Assembly (NCBI GenBank): GCA_051313645.2
Contig: JBNRSN020000004.1
Span: 352,408,001-352,472,000, forward strand
Direction of reading: 5' to 3'
Source: Centroscyllium fabricii
Taxonomy: Eukaryota
DNA: 64,000 bases
The position numbers and the translations under genes are program-made. The notes below the pieces were generated by a model. That model saw only the letters and a list, made by a program, of their open reading frames with translations. It made no database searches and was not told the origin of the DNA. Shown piece after piece: positions 23,433 through 38,257 of the stretch. How positions within the stretch are numbered: the first letter of the stretch is position 1; each line of letters starts with the position of its first letter.

Positions 23433-25487
23433 CCTTAAATGTTGTGAGGGTTCCTGCCTCTACCACCCTTTTCAGGCAGTGAGTTCCAGATTCCAACCAC
23501 CCTCTGGGTGAAAAAGTTCCTCCTCAAATCCCCTCTAAACCTCCTGCCCCTTAACCTTGAAACTATGCCCCCTGGTTATTGACCCCTCTACCAAGGGAAA
23601 TAGTTCCTTTCTATATAACCTATCTATGCCCCTCATAATTTTGTACACCTCAATCAGGTCCCCCCTCAGCTCCAAGGAAAACAACCCCAGCCTGTCCAGC
23701 CTTTCTTCATAGCTGAAGCGCTCCAGTGTAAAATATTTTTTTGTAATAGTAAGAATTATGGTATGTTTATCGGGATTGCCACTGCTGAGGACTGAAACCC
23801 TTCCACTTTTATGATTCACTTGTCAGGATCGAGCATTCCTAGGTTAGCGTTGGTTACATAGAGTCGAGCTCTCAGTACTCTGCCTCCACATATTCAGAAG
23901 AACTCTTATTGTATTCTTGTAAACTTTTCATTCTTCAATGTTTTATCCTCTACCTAAATTTAGATCGAGTCAATGGTACAAGTTTCCCTTATTGCACAAT
24001 GATGTACCAAGAGCTATGCTCGCTGTAACCTTGCAGTCTTCCCCTGTTTTTATGCTGTGAGCACGTCATGGCCTCAAAACTGAGGGCGGATTTTTTTTCT
24101 CTAGTCTGCAGGAGTGTCTCGGTGTTGCTGTTCCAGTAGGAAAGCTCCTTAATGCTGCTTTTCTGCTTTGTGAATTGGAAGCCAGTTCGGTTTGTAGCCA
24201 TAACGGTTGTATTTTTGGTACCAGCATCTCTCTGTTGGTCATAGGAACAGGTGTTGGCAATTCAGCTCACAAAACCTGCTCCACCATTGTTAGCTCTTTT
24301 AACTGCAATGTTCTGGCCTTTCTTCATTACTGCTATTAATGTTTCCCAAGCATCTATCTTCCTTTTGAATGCTTTCATTAATCTGCATCCATGGTCTTCA
24401 AGGGTTGTGTGTTTCACATTCTCCACCCACAACATGCCATTGGACTTTTTTGATAACCCATGAGCCAGCTTTTTAATTTATGCACTTGGATCCATAGTTC
24501 ATCTACCCCTCAGGCTAGACTCTGAGGAGACTTCGAGAATAGGGGCTACAATCTGCCTTTGAGGCCTCTTCACTTGGAACGCAGAATTGTGGAATTAACC
24601 TTAGGAGCCCTATCTGCCCTCCTTGTGTCCAGGGTGTGCTGCCTCCTAATTTGTTAAACTGCACCTGCTGTCATTCCGCTCACTCGGTGAAAAGTTGGGG
24701 CCATTAGCGCTGATTGTGGGAGAACACAACGTGTTACTTCCTGTCAACGTTACTTGTATCCCAACTTTGCTGCCCCACAGCTCCCAATCAATTCCTTACT
24801 ATACCACAAGATTGCCTCCAGTCCAGGTGTCCTCCATTTTAGCAAGTAAATCTCTTGTGTGGACCTGTTCAAATACCTTCTGAGAATCCATGTATGTGAC
24901 CTCGATGAACTCGTACTATCATCTGAAGTAACCATCAAAGAACGCTACTGGGTTAATTTGACATGACCTGCCTGTCGTAAAACCCTGCCCTTCGCAGTTT
25001 TTACTTTTTAAATGTATACTTATTCAGTTTCTGACACTGTCTTCTAATAATTTTCCTCCTACTAACATTAAACCTGCTGGTACGCAGTTAATTTGTCCCT
25101 TCCTCACTTTTTGACTAAAGCTATAATGTTTACCACCTTCTGATCCTCTTGCCTTATCCCTGAATTCATGGTCCTTTGAAAGATTATGACGAATGCATAC
25201 CCTTTTTTTGACTTTCTTTTAATAACTTGATGCAAACTTTCTGGGCCTAAGTATTTTTCTGGCTTTATTTCTATTAAAACATCCATGACCGTTTTTATGT
25301 TTATACTAATCAATGTGACTTTCTCCTCCTCCTCCTTTGATCTCTAGTCTTCTCTGTACCTCTGGTGTCATATCCATTGAAGACCACTGTGAAGACCGAA
25401 GCAAAAATGTTTCTCCACTCTGAAGCCTTTTTGTTCTTTTGGCTCAAGGTCTTTTGACAAATGGAAGCTTGTTTCAAGAAAAACATT

Positions 25488-26222
25488 GGCCCAGAAATTA
25501 GGATTGGAGGCTTGCCGCGAGTGCAAGCCTCCAAAGTCCACTTACGGAACGCACAGGCCTTTTTGAATTTTACTTACCTGAAATCCCGATCCTCTGGCCT
25601 GCTGAGAGGCCAGCGCGCCGCACTTGGGCAAATGAACGGCGGAGATAGTGGGAAGCATCCCGCGGGATCACGTGGTCTGCGGGGAGCCAATCGGAGCAAA
25701 GATCTGTCAAACTTATGAAAAGTTACGCCCCCAAAAACACACTAAACCTTAAAATACATTTTTTTTAAACATCACATTTTTTTAAATTACTATCACTGAC
25801 ATAAATTAGCTATTTTAAACAAAAAATAAAAATTTTGAAAAAAATAATTTGTGTTTAACCGGTCTAAAAACAACTTACCTTTGTTTAAATTACTTAAAAA
25901 TGAAAAACCTGTGGGGGAAAAATGTTTATATTGAATAAAATAAAGACTTACCTGATGAAAAGGGGTCGTTACGGCTGATATTTTCATCCATAACTTTCCT
26001 GATACCTACCCTGATAAAAAAAGCTTAGGAAAAAATCGAAAGTGCATTGCGCACCTCCTACTGCGAAGGCCATCGCACTCCGGCTCCTGACCCCTTCTGA
26101 CAGGGAATCGGAATTGCCGGTTTCGCGTGCATGCCGTGGACCGGCAATTCCGATGGCCCGACGCGTGAGTACACCGTCCATACTCACGCGTTGGACCCCG
26201 GGGCCATCGGAATTTCTGGGCC
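25488..26222. mobile_element. PIF/Harbinger-like MITE
   Basis: Perfect 12-bp TIR GGCCCAGAAATT flanked by 3-bp ATT repeat; superfamily inferred from TSD length. Confidence 0.7.
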
Positions 26223-27620
26223 ATTAAGTTCTGTAGTTAAGTGACAGATTCTGTCGCCAACAGTGTCCTTGTTGCTGTCTAATGAACCACAATTTCGAAG
26301 AGTGGAAAGGGTGTTTTCTCTTGAGGCTACATTGTTAAAGACTGAAGTACTGAAAATTGATCAAGAATTGGATAGCTTTGCTAAATATACCTTCCCACCT
26401 ACTGCCGGTGAATTTTCAGAATTGGTTCTGTCATTCAAATTATCCTTGGAAGTCAGAACAATTCATTTGCGACAAAGTTGGGGCAGGCTGAATATGACAG
26501 GCTATGGTGTCTGACATTCCTGGATCCCAGAGTCTCCTTCTATTTCCACAGAATTATAGATCTTGAGTTAATTCCCATAGCTTGTGACCCAGCCATCTGC
26601 CATGAAGTTTTTCAGGGCAAGGGTGGTATTCTCTTGCTGAGCAACTGACGCAATGGTCAGAGTTCTGCTAACAAATGTACATCAGCCTGGCTTTAGTTGC
26701 CTTAATTGCTGTAGAGGAGGGGGGAGGGGATGGTATTAGTTTCTCTTTGTGGGGGGGGGGGGGGGGGGGGAGAGTTGCTGCAAGATGCTGTTGATTTTAA
26801 AATTATTTTCTCTTCCCATATTCAGCTCTCCAAGTCACACACCAGTTCCAGCTGAGAGGGCAAGTAAGAGACCTGCCAGGACTGCTTTAAACTGGCCTCC
26901 ACGAGGCACAAAAGAAGAGTCCCATGGTGACTTCTCTCTGGCAAAAGCCCACAATTGACCATACCTTGGTAATGAGCATTCAAGCTCTAATGTGGTATAA
27001 GACCGTGCTGCGAATGATAGTAAGGATTTAGAACAGATCTGTAGGTCTTGGGTTAAACGGAGCGAAGACCTCGACAAATCATTTCAATTGTCCACAATAT
27101 GAAAAGCTACAGTATCGGCACTGAATCAGTCCACAGTCCTTTAGTCAACCCACCATAAATTGGCCTTCGAATGCGATGAAATGTTTGTTCGCAGTGCACA
27201 GTGCCAGAAAGTGGACAATTGTATTTGTTCCCCCGTGATATTCTGCATGATTCAGACTGGATCTCAACCATGTTGACATCAAGTGAAGAGTTACTTCCCA
27301 ATAGAGAGGAAAAGTTAGAGGGGAAATTGGCCCACTTGTGAAACATGGGTACTAATTCTAAGTGCTCTCCATAGCCAGTGAACAATGACACTAGTGGACC
27401 TAACAAGGGAGAGAAGAAAGAACACACAATAAACTAGCTACAGGAAGTACTAACTTAACAAGTAATTATAACGTTCTTTAAAAAAAAATCTCAGGTTAGA
27501 TAAGGGGAAGGCTGTAGATCTCGTCAACCTGACCATGCATTTGTTAATAAGTAATCCTTGGCCACTTGAGGAAAGGTTCTGTTGCCTTGCTTTCATTCAA
27601 CATCATTGTTTGAACTGTAA

Positions 27621-27800
<180 letters not shown>

Positions 27801-28047
27801 TAAGTCTCTTCTGGGGTGAGGTTTGGACTGTGCCACGGTCCTGATAGGAGATCAGTTATAGTGCCATTCTACTCTGCCAAGTGTGTCTTGTAGAATTGCC
27901 AGAACGTGCAAGCAACAATACCGCAGCAAAGGCATCGGAAACACAAGTATGTTGCAGTAACACTTGCGTAAAAACTGATAAAAAAAGATGGTGGGTGGAG
28001 GGAGAGACCTCTTAGTTACATCTCCTTTCGTAGACGTTGGGGGTTGT

Positions 28048-28405
28048 ACACAGAAACACAGAAGATAGGAGCAGGAGTTGGCCATTCGAGCCTGCTCTGC
28101 CATTTTGACGAGATCATGGCTGATCATCCAAACCCAGCACCACCCTCTCCCCATATCCCCCTGACACCCCCAACTCTAAGAACTATATCTCACACACATA
28201 CTCATGGGCAATTTTTAGTATCTCCAATCCACCTAACCTGCATGTCTTTGGGTGGTGGGAGGAAACCGGAGTACCCGGAGGAAACCCACAGGAACACGGG
28301 GAGAACATGCAAACTCCACGCAGAGGGGTCCCGGGCCAAGCAGGATTCGAACCCAGGAGCTCCTTATTGCGAGGCAGCAGTGCTAACCACTGCGCCACCG
28401 TGTCG
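28048..28405 (-). mobile_element. V-SINE, second subfamily
   Basis: tRNA head, V core and CR1 tail; homologous to 59910-60278. Confidence 0.85.
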
Positions 28406-28702
28406 TATATAAGTAAATAAAGAAAAGATGTGGCAATCAGCCTTGCAAAGCAGGATGGTCCAAGTCTTTGGTTTGTGCAGTGGGGTGCGAGTCAGAGTGG
28501 ACTCATCTGCCCTTTTCTGAAAGCCTATAAAGGCCTGCCAACTTATAGAGCTAATTGCGGGACTATAAAAAGGACAAAGGTGGAACACCAGAATGATTAA
28601 TGATTCCCTCATTCATTTTGAAGTATATTTTCATGATTGTTTTTAAAGTTTGGGCAACTGTGACCTTATAAGGAAACATACTGTTTGTCCTTTTACACAT
28701 GG

Positions 28703-30280
28703 GTCATAGAATCATACAATGCAGAAGGAGGCCATTCGACCCGTCGTGCCTGCTCTTTGAAAGAGCTTTCCAATTTAATTCCACACCCCAGCTTTCTCCC
28801 CATAACTCTACAAATTAATCCTCTTCAAGTACTTTTCCAATTGCCTTTTGAAAGCTCCTTTGGAATCCGATTGTACCACCCTTTCAGGTAATGCATTCCA
28901 GATCTTAGCAACCCTCTGTGTAAAATAAATAAATAAATCTCCTGATTTCCCCGCTAGTTCTTTTGGCAATTACTTTAAATCTATGGCCTCTGATTACCGA
29001 AGCACTTGCTAGAGAAAACAGTTTCTCCATACGCAAAGCCCCTCATAATTTTGAATGCCTCCCATTAGGTCTCTCCTTAACCTTCCCTGCTCCAAGGAGA
29101 ACAGTCCCAGCTTCTCTAATCTCTTCACATAACTGAAGTCCTTCATCCTGGTAAAACTCCTGTGTACCCTCTCCAAGGCCTTGACATCCTTTCTAAAGTG
29201 TGGTTCCCAATACTCCAACTGAGGCCTAACCAATGATTTGTAATGGTTTAGCATGACGTCCTTATTTTTGTATTCAATGCCTCTACTTACAAAGCCAAGT
29301 ATCCCATATGCTTTCTTAACTGCCTTAATTTGCCCTGCCACGTTCCCAAAGATTTGTGAATATGCACCTCCAGGTCCCTCTGTTCTTGCACCCCATCAAA
29401 ATAGTACAATTTAGATTATACTGCCTCTCCATGGTGTTCCTCCCCAAGTGCATCAGATCACACTTATCTGCATTAAATTGTATCTGCCATGTGTCTGTCC
29501 ATTTCACCAGTCTGTTTGTCTTCCTGAAGTCTGCTACTATCCTGCTCACTATTTACTACGTTGCTAACATAGAAACATAGAAGATAGGAGCAGGAGTAGG
29601 CCATGCGGGCCCCTTGAGCCTGCTCCACCATTCAATGAGATCATGGCTGATTATCCAAACCCAGTACCCTGTTCCCGCCCTCTCCCCATATCCCTCGATC
29701 CCTATCGAGCCTGCACCGACCCGCATCCCACCCCATCCCCGTAACCCCACATATTCAATCCCCCTAACACTAAGGGTCAATTTATCCTGGCCAATCAACC
29801 TAACCCGCACATCTTTGGGCTGTGGGAGGAAACCGGAGCACCCGGAGGAAACCCACGCAGACACGGGGAGAATGTGCAAACTCCACACAGATAGTACCCG
29901 AGGCTGGATTTGAACCCGGGCCCCTAGCGCTGTGAGGCAACAGTGCTAACCACTGTCACCGTGCCGCCCAGTTTTGTATCAACTGCAAACTTCAAAATTG
30001 TACTCCTTTACCCAAGTCTAGGTCACAGATATAACAAGAAAAGCAAGGGTCCTAATACTGGCCCATGGGGGACCCTACAGCACACTTTTCTCCAGTCAGA
30101 AAAATATCCGTTCACTATTCTCTGCCTCCTATCTCTTAGCCAATTTCGTACCTGATTTACCATGGTCCCTTTAAGTCCATGTGCTTCTATTTTCCAAATA
30201 AGTCTATTATATCTTTTGAAAGTCCATATATACAACTTCTACTGCTCTGCCTTCATCAACCCTCTTTGTTACCTCATCAA
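28703..30280 (-). mobile_element. Degenerate CR1 RT fragment with nested SINE
   Basis: VPHGPVLGP, FNADKC, LVRPQLEY motifs. Confidence 0.8.
29566..29969 (-). mobile_element. HE1-like V-SINE
   Basis: Near-identical to 2176-2568. Confidence 0.9.
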
Positions 30281-30702
30281 AGAAGTTTTATCCCTGGACT
30301 TGTCATGCATAAGTTGCACACACAAACATTATGAATTGTCTTCTGAACTGCTACAATTATAGTTTGCTGTGAACTACCAAATCCAAGTATAGGTCATCTG
30401 GTAAAAGGTTTTGAAAAATACAGAAATAGTACAAATGGTCATTTCTCATATGTGGGCTCTGATGGTGTGTGTTGGCTGGATATTCAGTTGTGAGGAACAT
30501 CACCGCTCAGCCCATGTTGTCCTCGCCCAACATCCACGTGTGTGCACTTCCAGCAGAAGCGCTGGCTGATTTCTGCCCCCTTCCCAGCCTTAAAGGAGCT
30601 GTCGTCAATTGAAGCCCTTGTACCCCCCAACTATATTTTATTTTTGCTTTCTAGTTGTGCAGTGGAATTTCTTTTCATTGCAGTTTAGTTTTTTCTTGTT
30701 GA

Positions 30703-30876
<174 letters not shown>

Positions 30877-31368
30877 TAACTGGCTACTGTATAACCTGTA
30901 AATATAAATCAGTTTCTTGCCCCCCTCACTACCACCACTTGGTGACTATGTAGCAGAAACTTGGGGGGGGGGGGGTTGCGGGGAAAAGAAGCAAGCTGAT
31001 AGTAATCAGCCTTATTAGGGAATTTCTGTGTACTGGTCTTGTAATCTGGAGGAATCCTCTGGCACCGATGTCCTCTGCGGCTGCAACGCACAGAATCCCT
31101 GAAATTAATGTTCTGTAAAAGGGTTCTATAAAGGAACATAGGCAAATAAATTAATCCGAACTATATTATTGGAGAAACTTCATAGATAAGTGGTTATTAG
31201 TAATCATGCAACTGCATTGACAACTTGTGTATTACAAGGGATAAACAAAGGACATCATTAGAGAGAATCGGGAAAATGGCACCCTTTAGGATGTTTTGAA
31301 GGTTAACATCAGAGTGTCAGTTTTGTGCTGCATTAAAAACACTTTCCCATATCTCTAGTTTACTATTA

Positions 31369-31632
31369 CAGGTCCGGACACCGGTAATCCAGAAATTTCA
31401 ATCTTCCGGAACGAATCCGGCCGACTGGTCTGCACATGCGCAAATGGCCTCTCCCGGAACGATTGATGCTTTGGCGAGCCCATGCGCAGACCATTCAAAA
31501 TGGCCACCGGCCTTTGCGGTGGCCATTTTGAATGGTCTGCACATGCGCTCGCCAAAGCATCAATCGTTGGATTTTTCACTAGTCTGGCACCGGCCTGGTC
31601 CCGCCGGTGCCGGATTAACGGTGTCGGACCTC
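31369..31632. mobile_element. Tigger-like MITE (type B)
   Basis: TA flanks; TIR CAGGTCCG..ACCG. Confidence 0.82.
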
Positions 31633-31800
31633 TAGTAAGAGTTTGATTTTTCTCAACAAGTGGGCATAAAAGATTCTTGGGTGCAATTGTTAAAGAGAAG
31701 AGAGTACTCCTAGTGCCCTGGCCAATATTTCCTCCCTCAACCACCCCACCAAAACAGAATTCTCTTCCTTCAGCCTTAAACTATCAACTTGGAGGCGCTG

Positions 31801-32039
31801 TCCAAAGATGTGCGGCTTAGGTTGATTGGCCAGGATAAATTGACCCTTAGTGTTGGGGGGATTGAATATGTGGGGTTACGGGGATAGGGTGGGATATGTA
31901 TCGGTGCAGGCTCGATAGGGATCGAGGGATATGGGGAGAGGGCGGGGTACTGGGTTTGGATGATCAGCCATGATCTCGTTGGGTGGCGGGGCAAGCTCGG
32001 GGGGCCGAGTGGCCTACTCCTGCTCCTATCTTCTATGTC
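31801..32039 (+). mobile_element. 5'-truncated HE1-like SINE
   Basis: 3' half of the SINE starting TCCAAAGATGTGCG. Confidence 0.85.
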
Positions 32040-32695
32040 TTGAATTCCTGAGAAATGGTTCCATGATATACACGATGGTAAAGCCACTGCAAATGTCAGT
32101 GGATGGACCAATGCTCACCTATGATTGTTTCTTGAGGTGGGTTGTCCAAGAAGCTGTAAGATCACATAACACTAGATAATTTAAGATTCTTCAAAACCAT
32201 CTTGCGGGACCAGATTGCCACTTGGGTTGTCAAAGTTCCTGGGTTTGGTCCATAAATCATTTCCCCCACATGCTTTTCATGTCCCATTCTGATAGAGATT
32301 TCATTGGGTAGTCTTAGTACAAGGTTAAGATCTACTAAATCCTCTTTGTGGATGTGTCTTTCTTTTGCTTTGGCATACTGATCAAGAGTAGTGTGAAGTC
32401 TGACCACAGTCCCAGGACAATCATTTTCTTTGATTAACACTTTGAGCCAGACTTTGCCATCTAACTCTTGGCATCACCTGGCACCAACGCTTCAACACTG
32501 TAATGTTGATGCTTGAATGGTTGCACACCCTTTGGTGGGCTACAGTTTCCTGGCAAGGTTCAGCACAAAGCATTTCACTATTGGCCAGCATGGAATATGT
32601 TTTGGTCTTGGAACCTGCTGTTTCTGCTTCTCTTGATTTTGATGTTGCAGAGATGATTTTGGTGCTGCCGCCTAGACCTTTTCACAATAGCTTCA

Positions 32696-34569
32696 CAATA
32701 GCAACTCTCTTTTAACCGGCACCTAAATATCCGGAAATCTCTCTTAACTGGCAAAATTCAGGGGTAGGTTCAGGTAAGTTTTACTATGTATTAGTGGTCG
32801 TGTAACCGTGGTTCCTGGATCTGTGGCCGTGTAACCGGGGTTCCTGCACCTGTTGCCGTGCAACAGGAACTCCTGAGTCTGGCCGTGTAACCGGGACTGC
32901 TGCACAAGTGCCGTGTAACCGGGGCTCCTGCACCTGTGGCTGTGTAACCGGGGCTCCTGCACCTGTGGCTGTGTAACCGGGGCTCCTGTGCCGTGTAACC
33001 AGGGCTCATGCACCTGTGCCGTGTAACTGGGGCTCCTGCACCTGTGCCGTGTAACCGGGGCTCCTGCACCTGTGCCGTGTAACCGGGGCTACTGCTCCTG
33101 TGCCGTGTAACCCGGGCTCCTGTGCCGTGTAACCAGGGCACCTGTGCCGTGTAACCGGGGCTCCTGCACCTGTGCCGTGTAACCGGGGCTCCTGCACCTG
33201 TGCCGTGTAACCGGGGCTCCTGCACCTGTGCCGTGTAACCGGGGCTCCTGCACCTGTGCCGTGTAACCGGGGCTCCTGCACCTGTGCCGTGTAACCGGGG
33301 CTCCTGCACCTGTGCCGTGTAACCGGGGCTCCTGCACCTGTGCCGTGTAACCGGGGCTCCTGCACCTGTGCCGTGTAACCGGGGCTCCTGCACCTGTGGC
33401 CGTGTAACCGGGGCTCCTGCACCTGTGCCGTGTAACCGGGGCTCCTGCACCTGTGCCGTGTAACCGGGGCTCCTGCACCTGTGCCGTGTAACCGGGGCTC
33501 CTGCACCTGTGCCGTGTAACCGGGGCTCCTGCACCTGTGCCGTGTAACCGGGGCTCCTGCACCTGTGCCGTGTAACCGGGGCTCCTGCACCTGTGCCGTG
33601 TAACCGGGGCTCCTGCACCTGTGCCGTGTAACCGGGGCTCCTGCACCTGTGCCGTCTAACCGGGGCTCCTGCACCTGTGCCGTCTAACCGGGGCTCCTGC
33701 ACCTGTGCCGTCTAACCGGGGCTCCTGCACCTGTGCCGTCTAACCGGGGCTCCTGCACCTGTGCCGTCTAACCGGGGCTCCTGCACCTGTGCCGTCTAAC
33801 CGGGGCTCCTGCACCTGTGCCGTCTAACCGGGGCTCCTGCACCTGTGCCGTCTAACCGGGGCTCCTGTGCCGTCTAACCGGGGCTCCTGCACCTGTGCCG
33901 TCTAACCGGGGCTCCTGCACCTGTGCCGTGTAACCGGGGCTCCTGCACCGTGTAACCGGGGCTCCTGTGCCGTGTAACCGGGGCTCCTGTGCCGTGTAAC
34001 CGGGGCTCCTGCACCTGTGCCGTGTAACCGGGGCTCCTGCACCTGTGCCGTGTAACCGGGGCTCCTGCACCTGTGCCGTGTAACCGGGGCTCCTGCACCT
34101 GTGCCGTGTAACCGGGGCTCCTGCACCTGTGCCGTGTAACCGGGGCTCCTGCACCTGTGCCGTGTAACCGGGGCTCCTGCACCTGTGCCGTGTAACCGGG
34201 GCTCCTGCACCTGTGCCGTGTAACCGGGGCTCCTGCACCTGTGCCGTGTAACCGGGGCTCCTGCACCTGTGCCGTGTAACCGGGGCTCCTGCACCTGTGC
34301 CGTGTAACCGGGGCTCCTGCTCCTGTGCCGTGTAACCGGGGTAACTGGGACTGCTGCACCTGTGGCCGTGTAACCGGGGTTCCTGCACCTGTTGCCGTGC
34401 AACAGGGACTCCTGGGTCTGGGCGTGTAACCGGGACTGCTGCACAAGTGCCGTGTAACTGGGGCTCCTACACCTGTGGCCGTGTACGGGGCTCTCGTACC
34501 TTGGTAAGTATACCTCTCTGTAATCCGGACTTTTTGATCAACTGGCACCACGGATAAAAGAGTTTCCTG
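32696..34569. mobile_element. Degenerate Tigger-like MITE enclosing a minisatellite
   Basis: Imperfect TIRs CAATAGCAACTCTCTTTTAACCGG / CGGATAAAAGAGTTTCCTG-TA. Confidence 0.55.
32798..34490. repeat. 28-bp minisatellite, roughly 60 units
   Basis: Unit GTGTAACCGGGGCTCCTGCACCTGTGCC; GTCTAACC variant block at about 33655-33905. Confidence 0.95.
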
Positions 34570-35522
34570 TACTTTGTACCTCAATCTTGAGGGGTGGGGT
34601 TGGAGATGGGGAATCTCTGCATGACTTGCATCTTCCCTTTGACCGGTAAACTTTATTTTTGTTCACCCTCAGTGCAAGCTTGTTACTGTAGTAGGGAGAG
34701 TAAAGTGACCACACTGGAGTTGTAACATTTTGGCTCATAATCTCTTTCAGGAGCATTGTTTCGTGAATCTCCCTAGTGGTAGCTAGAGGTTATCCTTGTG
34801 GTAAGTGGAGGGTGATTTCTCCTTTAAAGAACTTGGCAGTAAGCAGTTTTATCCTCCTGGTCTTGCCAAGCAAGTTCAGAGGGTAGGGAATGAGGGGCAG
34901 TACCCACTGAGGGTGTTGAGGGGGATGTCGGGACTGAGTCGCGTATATGATTTGCGGAATCCATGGTACTAAAGCATTTATTTAAAAAAAGTAGCAAATC
35001 CAGCTCCATTCTGTTTGACGAGTTGAAACTGATGTACTTCCCCTTCACCTTTCACCAACAACTGAAGGAGGCTGTGGACCCATGATTGATAAAGAAGTTG
35101 ATCAGTTTAAAAACAGGATGTTGCCCAATACTTGGGGTACTTGTAACACAGCTTTTGTGAAAATGGAAGCAAACTGCCTTTACTCTCGGAGAGATTAAAA
35201 TGGAATTATTCTTGTAGGCTCAACACTTGCACGCAGCCGAGGATGTTGGCATTGTGGAAACACGCTGCGCTTGTTTGTAACATCTGCCACCTGAAGCAGG
35301 ATTTAAGGCTATTTTGGGTTTTCAAATTGGAACATAAAGACCATTATAGATGTTTCCAAAGTGTTTTGGCTTGAGTCGAGCGTCACTTGGCATATTTTAA
35401 AAGATCTGGACCAAATATTTTTACTAAATTGAAACGAAGGTTATAAATTTATGCTCCTTATATTTACAGTAATTTTATTTGAAATTAGTTGTATGTGCTG
35501 TGAAAATTACATTAATGGGTGA

Positions 35523-35765
<243 letters not shown>

Positions 35766-35855
35766 TAATACAAGGTTAAAACCATGGTTTGCATGAAAAG
35801 TTTTTGATATCCTGATGATTTTGGGGGGAGGGAAATCCATATATTTTTTTTAATA

Positions 35856-36280
35856 CAGGTTGAGCACCGTTAATCCGTTGCCCGAAAAACCAGCAACTTT
35901 GAACATGCGGCAATAATTTCCCCGACTGCCCCGCACATGCGCAAAATGGCCGCCGCGATTGATGCTTCGGCAAATGATCTCTCCGAGCCGATAGCGGGCC
36001 GGGATTCCCCGAACGCGGGCGGGGCCAGGATTCCCCGAACGCGTGCGGGGCCGGGATTCCCCGAACGCGGGCGGGGCCGGGCCGTGATTCCCCGAACGCG
36101 GGCTGGGACTCGCCGAACGATGAGCGCATTCATAGACCACTCAAAATGGCCGCCGGCCCTTCGTGGCGGCCATTTTGAATGATCTGCGCATGCGCTCGCC
36201 GAAGCTTCAATTGTTCGGGATTTTCACTTTCCCGGCACGGGCCTGGTCCCGCCCGTGCCAGATTAACGGTGCTCAACCTG
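35856..36280. mobile_element. Tigger-like MITE (type A, inverted)
   Basis: TA TSD and TIRs; reverse complement of 4497-4981. Confidence 0.88.
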
Positions 36281-36518
36281 TACCATCATTCATAGGTAGC
36301 ACAAGTTGGTAGAGCACTCCTTTCCTGTCAGTTGAGTTTTGTAAGTTCTTGGATTGGCCAGTAGATATTTGCTTGCAGGAAAGCAAAAGGCGGCGATGGA
36401 GAAGGAGGAATGGAGCAAAGCAAAATGGCTAGATTAAGTTTGTAATGGTGACTCCCCTTCAGGGGAGAAAAATAGGGAGATGAGTTGTGTGGGATGTGTC
36501 AATTTTAGCTCAGAAATA

Positions 36519-36845
36519 CAGGTTGAGCACCGTTAATCCGGCACCCTTGGGACCAGGCCGGTGCCGGACCATTGAAAATTCCGAACCACTGAAGGTTCGG
36601 GGGAGCGCGCGGGTAGAACACTCCCCGGGGCTGGGAGCGCGCGGGTAGGACACTCCCCAGGTGGGAGCCCGGGGATAGAACACTAAAAAGCAGAAACCCA
36701 AATGCCCGACTCCTTTGGCGCTCGCCCACCCTTCGCAGGAAATAGTGGCACCGCCGAGCGGCTGCTCCACAAACTGAAGACCGCCGGTTTCCATTCCACT
36801 GAAGGTGCTGGACCATCGGGTGCCGGATTACCGGTGCGCAACCTG
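36519..36845. mobile_element. Tigger-like MITE (type D)
   Basis: TA TSD and TIRs. Confidence 0.88.
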
Positions 36846-36849
36846 TATA

Positions 36850-37228
36850 AACATAGAAACAAGGAGCAGGAGTAGGCCATTCGGCCCTTCGAGCCTGCTC
36901 CGCCATTCAATGAGATCATGGCTGATCATCCAAACCCAGTACCCCGCCCCTGCCCTCTCCCCATATCCCTATCGAGCCTGCACGGACACATATCCCACCC
37001 TATCCCCGTAACCCCACATATTCAATCCCCCTAACACTAAGGGTCAATTTATCCTGGCCAATCAACCTAACCCGCACATCTTTGGACTGTGGGAGGAAAC
37101 CGGAGCACCCGGAGGAAACCCACGCAGACACGGGGAGAATGTGCAAACTCCACACATAGTACCCGAGGCTGGATTTGAACCCGGGTCTCCAGTGCTGTGA
37201 GGCAACAATGCTAGCCACCGTGCCGCCC
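36850..37228 (-). mobile_element. HE1-like V-SINE
   Basis: Head, core and tail as in the other copies. Confidence 0.9.
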
Positions 37229-37484
37229 TAAACAGACATATTTATTTCTCTTTCAGATTCACAGCAACTTTTTCTAAAAAGCACCAGTGTGCTTTCAGTT
37301 CATTTTGCATGGTGGCAATGTTGCCTTTAGTGCATTGCACATTGGGATATACGGTTCATTTATGGGGAGACAGTTCCGTCGAGACCTATTCAAAATTCTA
37401 CGCATAGGATATAAGGCCTTGTTTACATGTTTCTCCACTGAGGCGTCATGTCTTAAACGTGGAAAATCCATAAGGGTAATCTGA

Positions 37485-37730
<246 letters not shown>

Positions 37731-38038
37731 CCTTTTTGGCAGTCGACCACCAGTCTAAGTCAATGACGAGTTGATTAGATGCTCTTAAAAAGATTAGTAA
37801 TTAACAGTTGGAGGTGAAGATTGTTAATTCTTGTGAAACTGATGCAAACATATAAGATCAGTACACGTGTACATTTCAAAAGTAATTCATTGTGTTAGCC
37901 ACTGATATTTTGACATGAAAGGTACAATATAAAGGCCATATTATAAGATCACTAAAACTATGTTTTCTCTGAAATTAATGTCACCGGAATCGTTCAACAT
38001 CCGCAATCATGTTATTTAGTGCGGGAAATAGCTCTTAA

Positions 38039-38257
<219 letters not shown>

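Larger units (their letters stand above)
23062..23727 (-). mobile_element. CR1 3' end interrupted by a Penelope-type palindrome
   Basis: SYEERLDRLGLFSLE..GDLIEVYKIMRG; homologous to 14138-14580. Confidence 0.85.

Noticed and set aside
26780-27420. Possible decayed transposase fragments (also about 32050-32690 and 34700-35400)
   Set aside because: Coding-like texture but no motif I can identify with confidence; needs BLASTX.
32798-34490. CRISPR-like array of 28-bp repeats
   Set aside because: Units are head-to-tail with no unique spacers, there are no cas genes, and the context is a vertebrate intron.
32791-34584. Long minus-strand ORFs (178-303 aa)
   Set aside because: Artefacts of a stop-free minisatellite, open in all three frames.
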